The position numbers and the translations under genes are program-made. 64,000 nucleotides of DNA from Lama glama (lineage: Eukaryota), in the NCBI GenBank assembly GCA_028534125.1, contig CM052817.1, positions 75,890,001-75,954,000 of the forward strand. The letters run 5' to 3'. This document shows positions 38,881 through 51,179 of the stretch, piece after piece. Within the stretch, counting starts at the first letter, position 1. Every line of letters begins with the position of its first letter. Under the pieces are notes generated by a model. That model saw nothing but the letters and a program-made list of their open reading frames with translations, made no database searches and was not told the DNA's origin.

Positions 38881-40029
38881 GGTGCATATATTTTAATCAT
38901 TTGAATAGAGAAGAGAGGACAGAGAGACACAATAGTCACAGAGATATAGAAGCCACTTTGTACTTTAATTTTTTTCCATTCACTTCTGATATTATAATAA
39001 AAATAATAAGATGTTTTAAAAATGGAACTAACTGTAATTTAAGAATTTTAATTCAACTATGTAAATGCCTTTGGTCTTTGATTTAATAAGACTACATAGC
39101 CTCAGATACAAAATGAATGTTTTTACTGCTCAAAAATATAAACTTTACTTTATGGTATTGAAAAGAGTATTTTTTCTTGCATCTGCAAAGATATCTGTAA
39201 CATCTTTGAAAAACTATCTCCATAATATTTTGGAAAATAAAATCTATGCTATGTAGCCACTGAGTAACATCATTGTCATTTGAATAATAGTCCCATGAAA
39301 AATCATGTACATCTCATTCCAGAGAGAAAGGGTAACATTATAATCTTAATAAACGCTTTCATTAAGCCAGATATTTTATAATTAAAAGCAAAACTGGAAG
39401 AAAGGCATGGCCTTTTAAATCTAAATGCCATCATGATACATTACACTTTTCATTTTGAAGTGCTTCATTGGGCAACTATATCTTCTTTTTTCAGTTGATA
39501 TTCAGACTATTTTATCTTCACGATAAAATCATGAATATTGCATCAATAAACCTTTTAGTTATATGTAACATGTGAATAATCCTAAGATAGCATCTGTTGC
39601 ATTTATCAGTAAGCATACTTGCTTATTAAAAAATTGAAAAAATTATTGCCTGATACAGAAGCATAATATTTACAATGAAATCAGTCCTCTGCTTAGTATG
39701 AGAGCTTCTATATTAAGCCTGGACTCCAACTACCATTGTTATCTCTGTTTCTTCTCAGGCCTTCTTTACTCAACAGAGTATAACAAACAGTTATCTTTCA
39801 TTTTCTATGGTTACATTTTAGCAGAATAAATATTTTAGACCCTTTCCAAAACCCTTATTTGAACTGTCTCTTAAGGAACTTAGGTCCACATTTCTACTAA
39901 AATTTTTTCAGTGTAAATAGAGAAATCAAACAAACCTCAGTATCTAATTGTCTCCATAAATTTCCCATTTCTAACCAATAACTAAAATTCAGCTTATTGT
40001 AATGAAACAAATAGATAACTCATAAAACT

Positions 40030-40165
40030 GTTTAAATTGCACAGAATCATTAGAAACAACCATCTCTTTTTATAAATGAGAAAACTGAGTTCCAGGCAAC
40101 ATACATGTCTTTCCCAGGACCCTATACCTACACTCAAACTTTTAACCTCTTGCCTGTCTCCCCCA
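40030..40165 (-). mobile_element. MIR-family fragment
   Basis: CATCTCTTTTTATAAATGAGAAAACTGAGTTCCAGG is the MIR core in antisense. Confidence 0.6.
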
Positions 40166-40759
40166 TAGTTGACATCACATGGAAAATACACCCCTAGGAA
40201 ATTCCAAGAATCCATCTTTTTTATAGTTCATAGGAGCAATTATAGATTTCTGTAGATAATCTTACAAGTGTGACAACTTATTACACTGTAAAGCCATGAC
40301 TGCACAACTCCAAGAGATGCTTTATAATTTTCCACCAACAGTCCTTTAGTATCTCCCTTCCATATACATTATAAGGATAACAAAGTCTCCTCTTCTAAAC
40401 CTTACAGTGGTCCTGCCTGTTACTCATCTTACTAACTTGTCATTATATTTCACTGGTGTAAGAAAAGCAGTTTAAACAGAAACTCACACCATGGAACAGG
40501 GTATTGGACTTGGTTGAGCAGTCATTGAAGTTCCTTGTGAAACAGCTGAATATTTGAGGCTGGTTTTCCTTCTTTGTAAATGCAGGTTTCATTGAACTTT
40601 CACTATAGGCCAGATTAACCTTAACTACCAGCTACCCCTTCTTGAGTCTCAACAAGCATTCAATAGGAACTCACCATTCATGTTAGATGGAATTTTAGAG
40701 GCTGTTAGTCATGTATGAACTGTTTCATCTCCCTTGTTATTCTTCTCTTGCCCTCTGTA

Positions 40760-41102
40760 ATTTCACCCTATGCCTGTGTGACAGTAATCAGTACCATACT
40801 CTAGGGGACACAAGTTTCTAGCTCTTTCTAGCTTCTTCCTCTCCATTGTGCTTCCCTACAGATTCCAGCTGACAGGATCCCTGAACTCGGCTCTGCTTGG
40901 TTTCCTCTGTGTGCCATGTTTTGGAAAGTCACGGGGATTGCAGGGTTAACCTATTGTTTTCTGTTAATGCAGGGATCACTGTCCTACTCTTCCTTTTGTC
41001 CTATTTCTGAAAAGAGTATTATATATTTTGTCTAGTTTTCCATGTGTTTACTTTGGCATATAGTCCAGTTTAGTCACTCACTCATGTGTGGAAGTAGAAG
41101 CC
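40760..41102 (-). mobile_element. Old L1 5' region (L1MEg-like)
   Basis: CAGGGATCACTGTCCT...TCTGAAAAGAGTATTATATATTTTGTCTAGTTTT...GGAAGTAGAAG matches the recalled L1MEg 5' end in antisense. Confidence 0.65.
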
Positions 41103-42924
41103 CCCATTTGAATTGTAGTTATTGTCAGTTCTACAGACATAGTACTGAGTACATAGTGAGAATATATTAAATACTCTGTTACATCTCATTTATTGAATGA
41201 AAATTTGTTAAATAAAACAACCTTTTTTCATCAAAAAATGTTAAAAGTACTCTTATATACATGTTATTCTTTGTCAAATACGGGTTGACAAATTGCTAGA
41301 GTATGCATCTTATTACAGAATATTACCATAATACGCCATAGATGCCAATATTCACAGAGATTTGACATTTTCATTTTTCTTACAGGACTGATGAAGTTAC
41401 CATAAACTCTAAATTTAAAATTCCAATTTTAGACTACATTTAACTTGAAATCTAAATTTAAAAATGAAAAGTTTAGATAACAGATTAGCATTAGTGGTGC
41501 AGGATAAAAAAAAAGGAAAAGATGATATGTTAAAGAAGTTTGTCTTCTTGGAAAAAAAGGGAGTACGTAAAAAGGTTACTTTTGCAAAGTTTGGAGATAA
41601 TTTTAAACTACTCCTAAACATCTTTCCTTCTTTTATTAAAAACTAACAAATAAACAAACAAAAATACTGCACTGTTATGAATGAAGCTTGGTATTCCTCA
41701 TTTTAATATGTAACTTTCAGAAGAAAGACAGCTATTATGTTTGCACAGGTGGTATTCTAAGTCTTGTCAAAAATAATGCCAAGCACAAATATTAACAAAA
41801 GTTCAGAAATCACACCGGGATTTTTTTTTTAATACTTTGTGTGATCCAGTGATACTAACCCAGTATTACTCTGCCTATGATGTTATAATGAGTGATGGAT
41901 TCTCCATTTAAGGTGAACGTGTACTTCCTTGAATAAACTCTGGACAGTTCCAGCAGGCACTGCTCCTCTCTAACTTGGGCAACATACTTGGTTTCTCCCC
42001 TACACTACACTCAGTATGTTTGACTTTTCTCCTAGGTCTTCCTGCCCTAATTTTGTACCTGTATTTAAAAATTCATTACTGATTTAATTAACCTCAAATA
42101 CCACTCATAATCCAGCTGTCAGAGCCAAGAACTGAGTAGCAGCTGGGAATACAAAACAAAGCCGAGCAGACAGTGCAGCAGAGCATTAAAAAGAGTGGAA
42201 TGACTAACGGGGAATACCTCTAGGAATAGACAATTGCTGTAGGAGAACAATGGTTTGCTGTTTTACTTAATTCACAAGCACTTCGCATGATCAAATTCTG
42301 CATGTACTTGTCTGGATGCTCTGGGAAATGCAGGCAGCATTGTCTGGTGTTCATAGCAAGTTGTTCAGTGTCCTAAAGATAATTAGGCAAGTTGGGCTGC
42401 ATTATTTTTCAGCACACGTTATGCAGAAACACAGTGATATAAGGCAATTTTATGTAAGCTCTATCCTTTAAACTATGTACAACTTTCTTTTTCCTGAAAG
42501 GAATACCCTGAACTTCAAACTATGACTCTATAACTAATTATTATGAGACACAGAAGAATGAAAAAAAAATTACCCCAGGTTCAAAAGAAAAGTGGAAGAT
42601 AGACATTGAGTTTTAATTAACAAGGCCATTAGCATTTTTTAAACGCTCTGTATAATAGTTGGAGTTTATGAAATGATATCTAAAACCATATTAATGAAGC
42701 ATAAGCACGTGATTCTTATCTGCCAGAATGAAAAAATTCGATTTTGCACCCCACAGAAAAACTGTTTACCAACCACCAACCAGTCATGGAAAATAAAAAT
42801 ATTGACCATACAATAGTATTTTAGTGAGGCATTAGTGTTTTAATAGGAGAAATTATTTCCTAAAATGCTGTGTTGCTATTCCCATAAAACATACCTAGGA
42901 CATAATTGGCTTCCCGTAGCAACC

Positions 42925-43140
42925 ATATAGCACAATAGTTAAGAGCGCCTACTCTATCCTTTACTAGCTGTGTGACTTTCAGCAAATTACTTACATGTGT
43001 GCCTGTTCTGCAAACAACGACAACAACAACAAAACATTATAATTGTATCTAATGCATAAGGTTTTCCAGAAAAGTTAAATTATCAATACATGTAAAATGC
43101 TTAGGAAAGCACCAGGCGAAGACTAAGTACTACTAAGGAT
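42925..43140 (+). mobile_element. MIR SINE
   Basis: TAGCACAATAGTTAAGAGCG...TTACTAGCTGTGTGACTTTCAGCAAATTACTTA...ATACATGTAAAATGCTTAGGAAAG. Confidence 0.8.
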
Positions 43141-45070
43141 TTCCTGTAATTCTTATTGTTATTTTTATCACTGCCATTGTTTTGTTACTATTGTTGTCAT
43201 TCCATTGGAGAATGAAGAGATTTTGATTCTGCACATCTTAATTATTAATGGAACAGCTTTTATTAACAATTCATCAATTATAAATTATTAATAGAACAAG
43301 AATATTTTGGCAGATGTCACTTTATTAATATCTTCCAGATTCCCTCTGAAGTAGTTATAGAATTGAATACAAATAGAAATGTACTAAGTATTTACCTACT
43401 TCACAAAATTTTGCTTACACTAATTCTCCTAATAACCTGTGATGTGTATATTTGTTTTTATTATTGAATGAGGATTCTGATCATAATAAAATTAGTAACC
43501 TGATAAGCATACAGGATACTCCAAATCTGACTATGCCTTTACTTAGTAGACAGTAAATTCTTAGGAATACACAGAAATCCTGGTCTTCAGCAGATAATGA
43601 CACTGGGGTGCTCTTTCTTTGCAACAGAAAAAGAGAAAGTACTGAAAAACAAAATGATAGAAGAATGGCAATCTAAAAAATGAAATGTATAATTAAATGT
43701 ATTTTTCTTAGACTGATTCAGTGATCCTTGTTGAAGTGTCAGATGTATTTCAGAAGCTTTTCTTTCAGATTTCAGAAAGGTAAAAGTTTACATTAAAAAA
43801 ATGATGTATATTCTCAGAAGGGAATAGGAAGAAAAAGACTGTTCAATAATGATTATACATAGGTTCACTAGAATTCACTTCAGATTTTGTAGCCAAAAGT
43901 TTGTCACTTCCAAAAAACCTTTTATTTTCAGATCTTTGTTAGATTCCAAAATAATAGACAAGGGATAATTTACTTCATTTCACTCCATTGAGTTGATTTT
44001 CTAACTAGGAGTGTTTGTTCTTTGTCTTAATCATTCACTTAAAAAAAATTCTTATAGCTGTGTACTTTACCTATGATTTAGAATACATTTCATGGCCTTT
44101 ATGTATTTAATCTGCTCAAAAATATTTTTAAAATCTATTTTGGCTTCATTATCTCAAGATCTCACTGACAAACAGGGCCTGGTTAAGATGTTGCAAAATA
44201 CCATAAAGAACAAAAATGACAGACACTGACACCTCATATCTATTAATCATCTGTTATAATCTTCTTATCTACCTATTTTTTTTTATTTGAATGATGAAAT
44301 TCTGTGCAGAAGTTGTAAAACTTAAGTTCCAATCGTTCTCCATTTGGATATATGCAGTCTGGGGAATTTTCATATATCCTGAGAAAGCATGACAAACACA
44401 TGCATTTTTATAAAGGCTTTCTTAGCCCAAATCAGATCCTCAAAATGAGCCACAAACCAAATAATAAATTACAAGCTACAAATTTCACAGAATTAAATTT
44501 TCTGATAAGTAAGGATTTTTATCCCAGAAGTACATTATTAGTGCTTTTCCCCAGAGTATTTGTAAGATTAAAGTTATGGGCAGTAGGCTATACTGAGTAC
44601 ATCCACTCCCCAGTCCCTTCTGGTGTCTTGTCCTTGATGCTGACACAATTTATTTCAAATATACCTGGCGAGGAACCGGGAACAAAGTGCAAGCTATGTA
44701 TGCAACACGGACAAGTCCTACCCACTTTACATGAAGTTGAAGTTGTGTCCAATTGTGGTCATTGTTCATTTGGGAGAAATTATTTGGTCCTCATTTTACA
44801 AAAGTAATGCTAAGACTAAAGATGTCTTCTTATGCCAATTTGCTCTTTTGTTTGCAGTAGAGAAATTAAATGGGGTTTCCCATGTTCACATTCTCTGTAT
44901 GTTCCCCGATGTCGTGTATATGGAAATAGAATGGAAACATTCTTCCTCTGAGGGTTTTATTTTGGCAGCTTCCTTTCAGATATTTTTATTGAATACTTGC
45001 CTTTACACAGGGTTTTTATTTAAATGTGATCTAAATAAATACTAGTGTTTTAACTTTTGCCACTTTTCAG

Positions 45071-45107
45071 TGTATGCATCGTTCCCGTGAGAACAGCCAA
45101 ATGCAAA
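45071..45107 (+). other. Candidate 37-nt small exon of an unidentified + strand transcript
   Basis: Branch-like TTTTAAC, pyrimidine tract TTTTGCCACTTTTCAG, exon TGTATGCATCGTTCCCGTGAGAACAGCCAAATGCAAA, donor GTGAGT. No homologue recognised. Confidence 0.3.
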
Positions 45108-46024
45108 GTGAGTTTTAAAGACAGGAGCTTTGGTCTCTGGTTAATATCATTGAAACTGCAACATAAAATAAAAGTGGGATCCCAAGACTTCATGTAAAGG
45201 AGTGATTTTCATTCGTAGGAGAAAATACTGAATTTTACCCACATTAAGTAGAACAGAACAATTAAGTAAAAAGCTGGTTAGGAAGCATCAAATAAGCACT
45301 GGCATATTTAATACATTGAAGAGCAGTAATAGAATCATTTTATATCATTCAATGTAAATTTCAGATTCTTCTCATACTCAGTTTTCAATGTTCAGGGACC
45401 CTGCCCTACTCTATGCTTTTATAGAGAGAAATTCGTCCCTGGTAACTCAATAAATAACAATGAAAATGGTGTCTGTAGGGAGGATATTCAAACTATTTCT
45501 TATTTTTATGCCTATAATTCTTGCTTTCAGCTGTAATTTTAAAGCATCAAAATTACTTAAACTGAAAATACTATGATAAGAAGTCCCTATGAAGACATTT
45601 TTTATTTTTTTCCCAAAAACATACTCTAAATTCTTAAAAAGAACCTTGTTGTTCTCTTGTTTCCTTCTTGTCTGTTTATAGTCTAGATGCCCCATGAAGA
45701 GTAAATGCCTGAAAATAAGTAAATTAAAATATTAAAAAAGAGCTATTTATAGCTACTATTTGAATATTCATGGTCATTAGGTATAGGTGTAAAATATGAG
45801 ATAATAAAATCTTATTTTAATAAGATTTTACAATTTAAATATAGTTTTAAAAATATCTGAATAACTGACTTCTATTAGGGCATATATAGAAATACTTGCA
45901 AGAGCTAAAGAGACAAAATCTAAGTAGTACTATACGGTACACATGAAGCTTCCCAAAGTTTGCCCAAAGCTATGGATAAGCGCTTAGAAGCATGAGAAAA
46001 GCACAGAAGTACCTTGTGATTTTC

Positions 46025-46550
46025 ATCACATGACATCATACTATGACTTACTATTGATGTTGATCTTGATCATCTGACTGAAGCAGTGCTTTTCACGTGT
46101 CTCCGCTATAGAGTTCCTCTTTTTTCCCCTTTCCATACTGTACTCTTTGCAAGGAAGTCATTCAGCACAGCCCACAATGTGAGGAGTTACAGTCTGGTAC
46201 CTTGAGTGTGTAATAACTGCTTGTTATTTGGAATTCTTCTATACAAGGTATTTGTATCATTTCTCCTATTTATTTATATATTCAGACATTTTTATCAGTA
46301 TGGACTCATGAATCTTTATTTGATACTTTAGATTATAATACAATACTACGAACTTAATTTTTTTGCTCTAATTGTTCCAGGTTTGACCATTAAGAGCTCT
46401 TTCATTTGGTTTCCATATCCCTTTGACAGATACTTATCATTGCAGGGTGGGCTGTTTGTTTGTTTGTTGATTTTCTTTTTGAACACTTCCTTACTTTCTG
46501 GTACCACAAGATGCTCTAGTTTAATTTTGTATGTTTCCTGCCCCAGTAAT
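46025..46550 (-). mobile_element. L1MC/L1MD-like 3' UTR fragment
   Basis: GATGTTGATCTTGATCATCTGACTGA...GCAAGGAAGTCATT...ATCAGTATGGACTCATG...CACTTCCTTACTTTCTGGTACCACAAGATGCTC. Confidence 0.8.
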
Positions 46551-49500
46551 TGTGTGTATATTAATCTCTTCAAAATAGTGTATGCCTTTCCATAAAACTA
46601 ACCTAAAACTTGTATTGCAATACAAAATCTATATATACAAGATGGAGTAATTGCTGTTTGGTTCCTTGTGTCATTTAAAAAACTATATTAAATCAAAGTC
46701 TTTTTTGTAATATCTTACCTGTACTTAACGCAGAGGAATATAGTGTTACCAAATCTATAATATCTTTTAAAGAAAAGTCACAAAAATTTATTTATGAAAA
46801 TGCCAAGAGGCTGAGTTTTAGTGGATAATGTCTACAGTACTAGCATCATCTGATATTTGTAACTAATTTTAAGATAATATGCAATTAATTTATTGACTTT
46901 TTTTTACAACAAAGTCAGATGATATAATGAATTTCAAAGGGATCAAGTGTTCTTTAGATACTCGGTAATCTTTAGATATCACTCTAAAAAAAAGACAAGT
47001 ACTACTCTTCCATCTAATTATCACTTCTGTGAGCACTTAACAAACCTAATGGCATACACTCACATTTTATATGTACTTGCAGACATGTATGTTCTATACA
47101 TATACATACACGTATATGCCTATATAATATAATGAATCGACAAAATTTACTTAAAACTTTCAAAGACCACTAACCATGCCCAATGACTAGTGTAAGTTTG
47201 ATAAATTGTGTGAGTGGGGAAAGAAGGGTGAAAGGAGTCTGAAAGAAGGCAAAAGAAAACTTTGGTGTACTCTGATTCTCTTATGTGGCAGGATGCCACA
47301 TTAACAATGAATGACCATCAGAGGGAACAGTGGCTCCAAGAATAATATCATATCTATTAGCTGAACCTAGTCTCACCCATTTACCCTGGAAGAAGACGTA
47401 GGACCTGGTGATGATAAAGTCCTGTATGAAGTGAATGGACTGTTCTACTAAGCTCTTTGGTCCTAAATGCTTCGACTCTAACATCTCTACACTTCTGGTG
47501 GGGAGTTAAACCATCAATGAAATTTCTGCAAAAATTGCATATCCTTAAGGTGATAGGCCTGAGGAGCACAATAATGGCAATTAATGCACTAAGTTGTATC
47601 ACATGGAAACCATTTTGAAAAATACAGGAAATGCGTAAAATTAACCAAAGTGTAAGTGGACTTATGGTTTATTGTACTATCACTTTAAAATAATTGTCAG
47701 TATGAAAATATAATAATGTAGAAATGGAATCACAGATATCCACACACATTTTATATGAAATATCAAGAAAGCTGTCTGAGTTAATTCTGGGTTCTCTTGA
47801 TGAAAACATCTTTTCATTATATTATTTTATTAACTTGCTGCAGGATGATACTTATGTGAGTAACTAAACATTTCAATGATTCCCTCTTTGGAATTTAATA
47901 TTATTAATGTCATGTAGTTGATCCCAGTTTTTAGTCCTTAGAGAGAAGAAACTGTCCTGGGGTCAAGGAAAGGTGTTAAACAGTAATTGGTTTTGGCAGG
48001 GAAATCTATATCCATGTGCCATCGCCTTCTCCACTGGGATGCTGCTATCAGGATGACCTCCAGCTCCTTCAGCAGCATTTCGCATGTGCAGCACTGCTGG
48101 CTGGCAACGTGTGTCTTGTCAAGTTCCCATAGATCAGTTTTGCTTCTGGGGAATTACTACTTATTCACATCTGTTTTCAAGGTTGTTACGAAGGAAACTA
48201 CTTTCTTTTCCAGTGCCTACATGAGGTGCTGTGAAATGTGCCTTTCTTTAGCAGATGACATTAGTCTTCTTTTTTAGTAATTGACATGAACTTCCTAATA
48301 ATTTTTTGTTTTTAATTATGCCCCAAAGGGGGATAATTGGCAGAAATTTTAAAATGTTTTACATAAAATGGTAACTTCAATATTGACTGAAAACTAACTT
48401 AAACTAATTGCTCTAAGTTCAAAGCACTAAAACAGCAGGGAATGAAACTTGCCTTTTAAGTTGGCTCCATGTATTTGTGCTTTTAAAAATGATTTTACAT
48501 TATTGGAATATTTATAAAGACTGTCTTACAAGAATCACATCAATTTCATAAGTAAAAGTTTTTCTTTTACTAATAATTCAGTTTGTAAACTGAGGATTTA
48601 AACATCTCTGTGTAATTATTAGAAAAGCTTTAAATCACTAAAACTATTAAAATTTCCCCATTTGCTATTTAATTTCTGGACAGCATTTACTTAGCCTATA
48701 AAAGATTGAAAAATATAAATATAAAATTCAGGTGGAATATAAGGCTTTGTTAAGGAATACTCTACACTGTAAATATTTATGAGATAAAAGTATCCACAAG
48801 TTACTAAAATAATAATTCCTCATTTTCACTGCAACTCTTGATGTATCTATGTTTTATCAAATAAAAGAGATGTAGTGTTATGATTAGAAATTTTCATATT
48901 TGAGGATATCAGAAAATAGCTGTTAAATTTAAGTGATAATATTATAATGATGACATCTGGACATTTCATTCAGCTTAATTCAGTTGCCCTAAATCATTAT
49001 AATACCACACATTTCCTTGAATATGTCAGAGATGCATGGATATTCAAGCTAGTCTTGATACTGACTCTTGCCCTCTGCACATGGCTGTCATTAAAATCAC
49101 CATATTGTTTTAAATTATGTATTTACTTGTCTCTTTCCCTCATTACCTTGTAAACTATTCAAGACTACTGGCTGTTTGTCGCCAACATTTAGCACAGTAC
49201 AGAGCACATGAGGGAAATTCCATATGCATTATATAACCAAATGTAAATGAATGTGTTTATTCATAAAATGCTTGCTTGTTTTTCAGATTGAATGCCTGAT
49301 TCTCATTTATCATGGAAATAACACTATTGACAGCCAAGAAAATGGGCTTAATGGGGGTCTAGAAAGAAGCATTATAGAACTATTAGTTTGTGCTTCATTG
49401 ATCTTCTATAAAAATTATTCCCAGTGTTACGTATTTGGCAGTAGGTAAACAGCTTACTATTCATTATTTTGCATGAGTTTATACTTTGCATGGCCTACAT

Positions 49501-49619
49501 TGACTACTTGAGGGCAGCAACTGAATGCTTCGCTACATATCCAACATTTCTATAGTATCTAGTGCTTCGCCTGATTCAAAATAGGACTCGACTCATATAT
49601 TCTTTTTATCTACACCTGC

Positions 49620-50150
49620 TGTAAGAGAGTAATTCACTTCAGCAAACACTGAGTATTGTTGAATCTAACACTATGCTCAGCTTTGCATATGAAAGTTAGA
49701 CAATATCTTCTCTTAGTGTTTTTACTTTGTAGAGGAAGAATAGTTATCAAGGAATTAAAATGCATGGTGGTAAGTAATGTGTTTAGAGAAACTAAACCAA
49801 GCTTTTCTGTTGTAAATTCTTCAAAGAACTCAAGTCTATGCTATGAACTAAAGAATGATGAGAAACTAGATACTTTAAAGAGTTGATGAGAGTTTTCTAG
49901 AAAAATAGAGTAGCACATGGAAAACTTTTTTAGCAAAAGAATGACACGGTGACATTCGTATTTAAGAAAATATCATTGGCTGTATTTTGGACAATGGTTT
50001 GGTGGGAGTCAAATAAAAGTTGGTCAAATACCAGGCTGTTTCATAGAATGCCACAGAAGAGTTACAGTTGTCTGTATTAATGTATTATCACTGAAAATGG
50101 AGATAACAGGACAGATGCAGGCACTAGTAAGAACAGTCTTAACAGAACTT
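49620..50150 (-). mobile_element. L2 remnants
   Basis: ATTCACTTCAGCAAACACTGAGTATTGTTGAAT...TTTTAGCAAAAGAATGACACGGTGACATTCGTATTTAAGAAAATATCATTGGCTG. Confidence 0.6.
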
Positions 50151-50189
50151 GTTCCTTCTATGTATATAAAGCTAGAGAAAAAGTATATA

Positions 50190-50740
50190 CATATTCATCC
50201 TTAGAGATTTCTCACCGCTGTATCTTCAATTACTACCTCTCTATATAGTGACGACTCCCCTCCAAAATCTCCATCTGAGAGCTTCCTTCCCATCTCAAGA
50301 CTTAACATTTACCTGCTGTCACTTACCTGTGTTTTTAAACCTCAAGGGCATCTCAAATTTAGTTATATTCAAGACTCCATTTATCTTACCTTGACAAACT
50401 TCTTCTCCTGAGTTTTCTGTCTCAGAAAATGGCACCGACATCTCCAAAGCTGCTGAAGCAGAAAGCTGAATGATGATAAATCCTTGGCATACTTTCTCTC
50501 GAACTGTACATATGTAGAAGGGCTAAGTCCTGTTAAGACTGTCTTGTTCCTAGTGCCTGAATCTGTCCTCTTCTCTCCCTTCTCGGTAATACTTTAGTAC
50601 AACCAGAACTCCTTTGTGGAGTTCTATGAAACAGCCAGATATTTCGTCAACTTTTGTCTCACCCTTACCAAACCAATCTAGGCAGAAATTTTGGAAAGGC
50701 AGCAAAACCAACCGGTCCTTGTCAAAGAAGTTTTCTTCCC
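50190..50740 (+). mobile_element. L2 remnants
   Basis: CTTCAATTACTACCTCTCTATATAGTGACGACTCCC...GGGCATCTCAAATTTAG...TCTGTCTCAGAAAATGGCACC. Confidence 0.65.
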
Positions 50741-51179
50741 TGTGAAGCGATAAGAAGTACCACTTCAAGGTAGAATGGAAAACTTTAAACATAATTTAGG
50801 TAATAGGTATCTTTTGCTGACATTTCTAAAAACCTCATGTGCTCTATAAACATCATGTGCTCAAAATACCTAAATAAACATTGTGTGGTCAATAGATTTT
50901 AGACATAGAGAACACTTCCCCTAGCCTAATACTTTCAAGTAATTTAAGAGAAATTTAAAAATTAGCATCAACTTCATTGAAGAAGCTGAAGACAATAGAG
51001 TACAAGCTTGTGTATTGCCTTACAAGCTAATAGTGCTAATTCAATGAGCATCTGTAATAGATTGCATTGGATACAGAAATTACCAAATTAAACTGAATTT
51101 CTAAGTATATTATAAACATGTATCCATAGTAAAGCAATAATTTTTTAAAAATTTGTAAAATGTTTATTTGTGTTAAATA

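Noticed and set aside
43712..43779. + strand AG...GT interval reading TDSVILVEVSDVFQKLFFQISE
   Set aside because: Weak donor (GTAAAA), competing internal acceptors, and no recognised homologue.
47281..47602. Overlapping minus-strand ORFs with acceptor/donor-like flanks (possible exon or processed pseudogene)
   Set aside because: No recognisable protein, no polyA tail or TSD, and part of it weakly resembles MIR/L3-type sequence.
47987..48277. GC-richer unique block with a 96-aa ORF
   Set aside because: Non-ATG start, and no recognisable protein in any frame I read.
49287..49444. + strand AG...GT interval with an open frame (IECLILIYHG...)
   Set aside because: The donor is weak (GTAAAC) and the peptide unrecognised. 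Such intervals are expected by chance in 64 kb.
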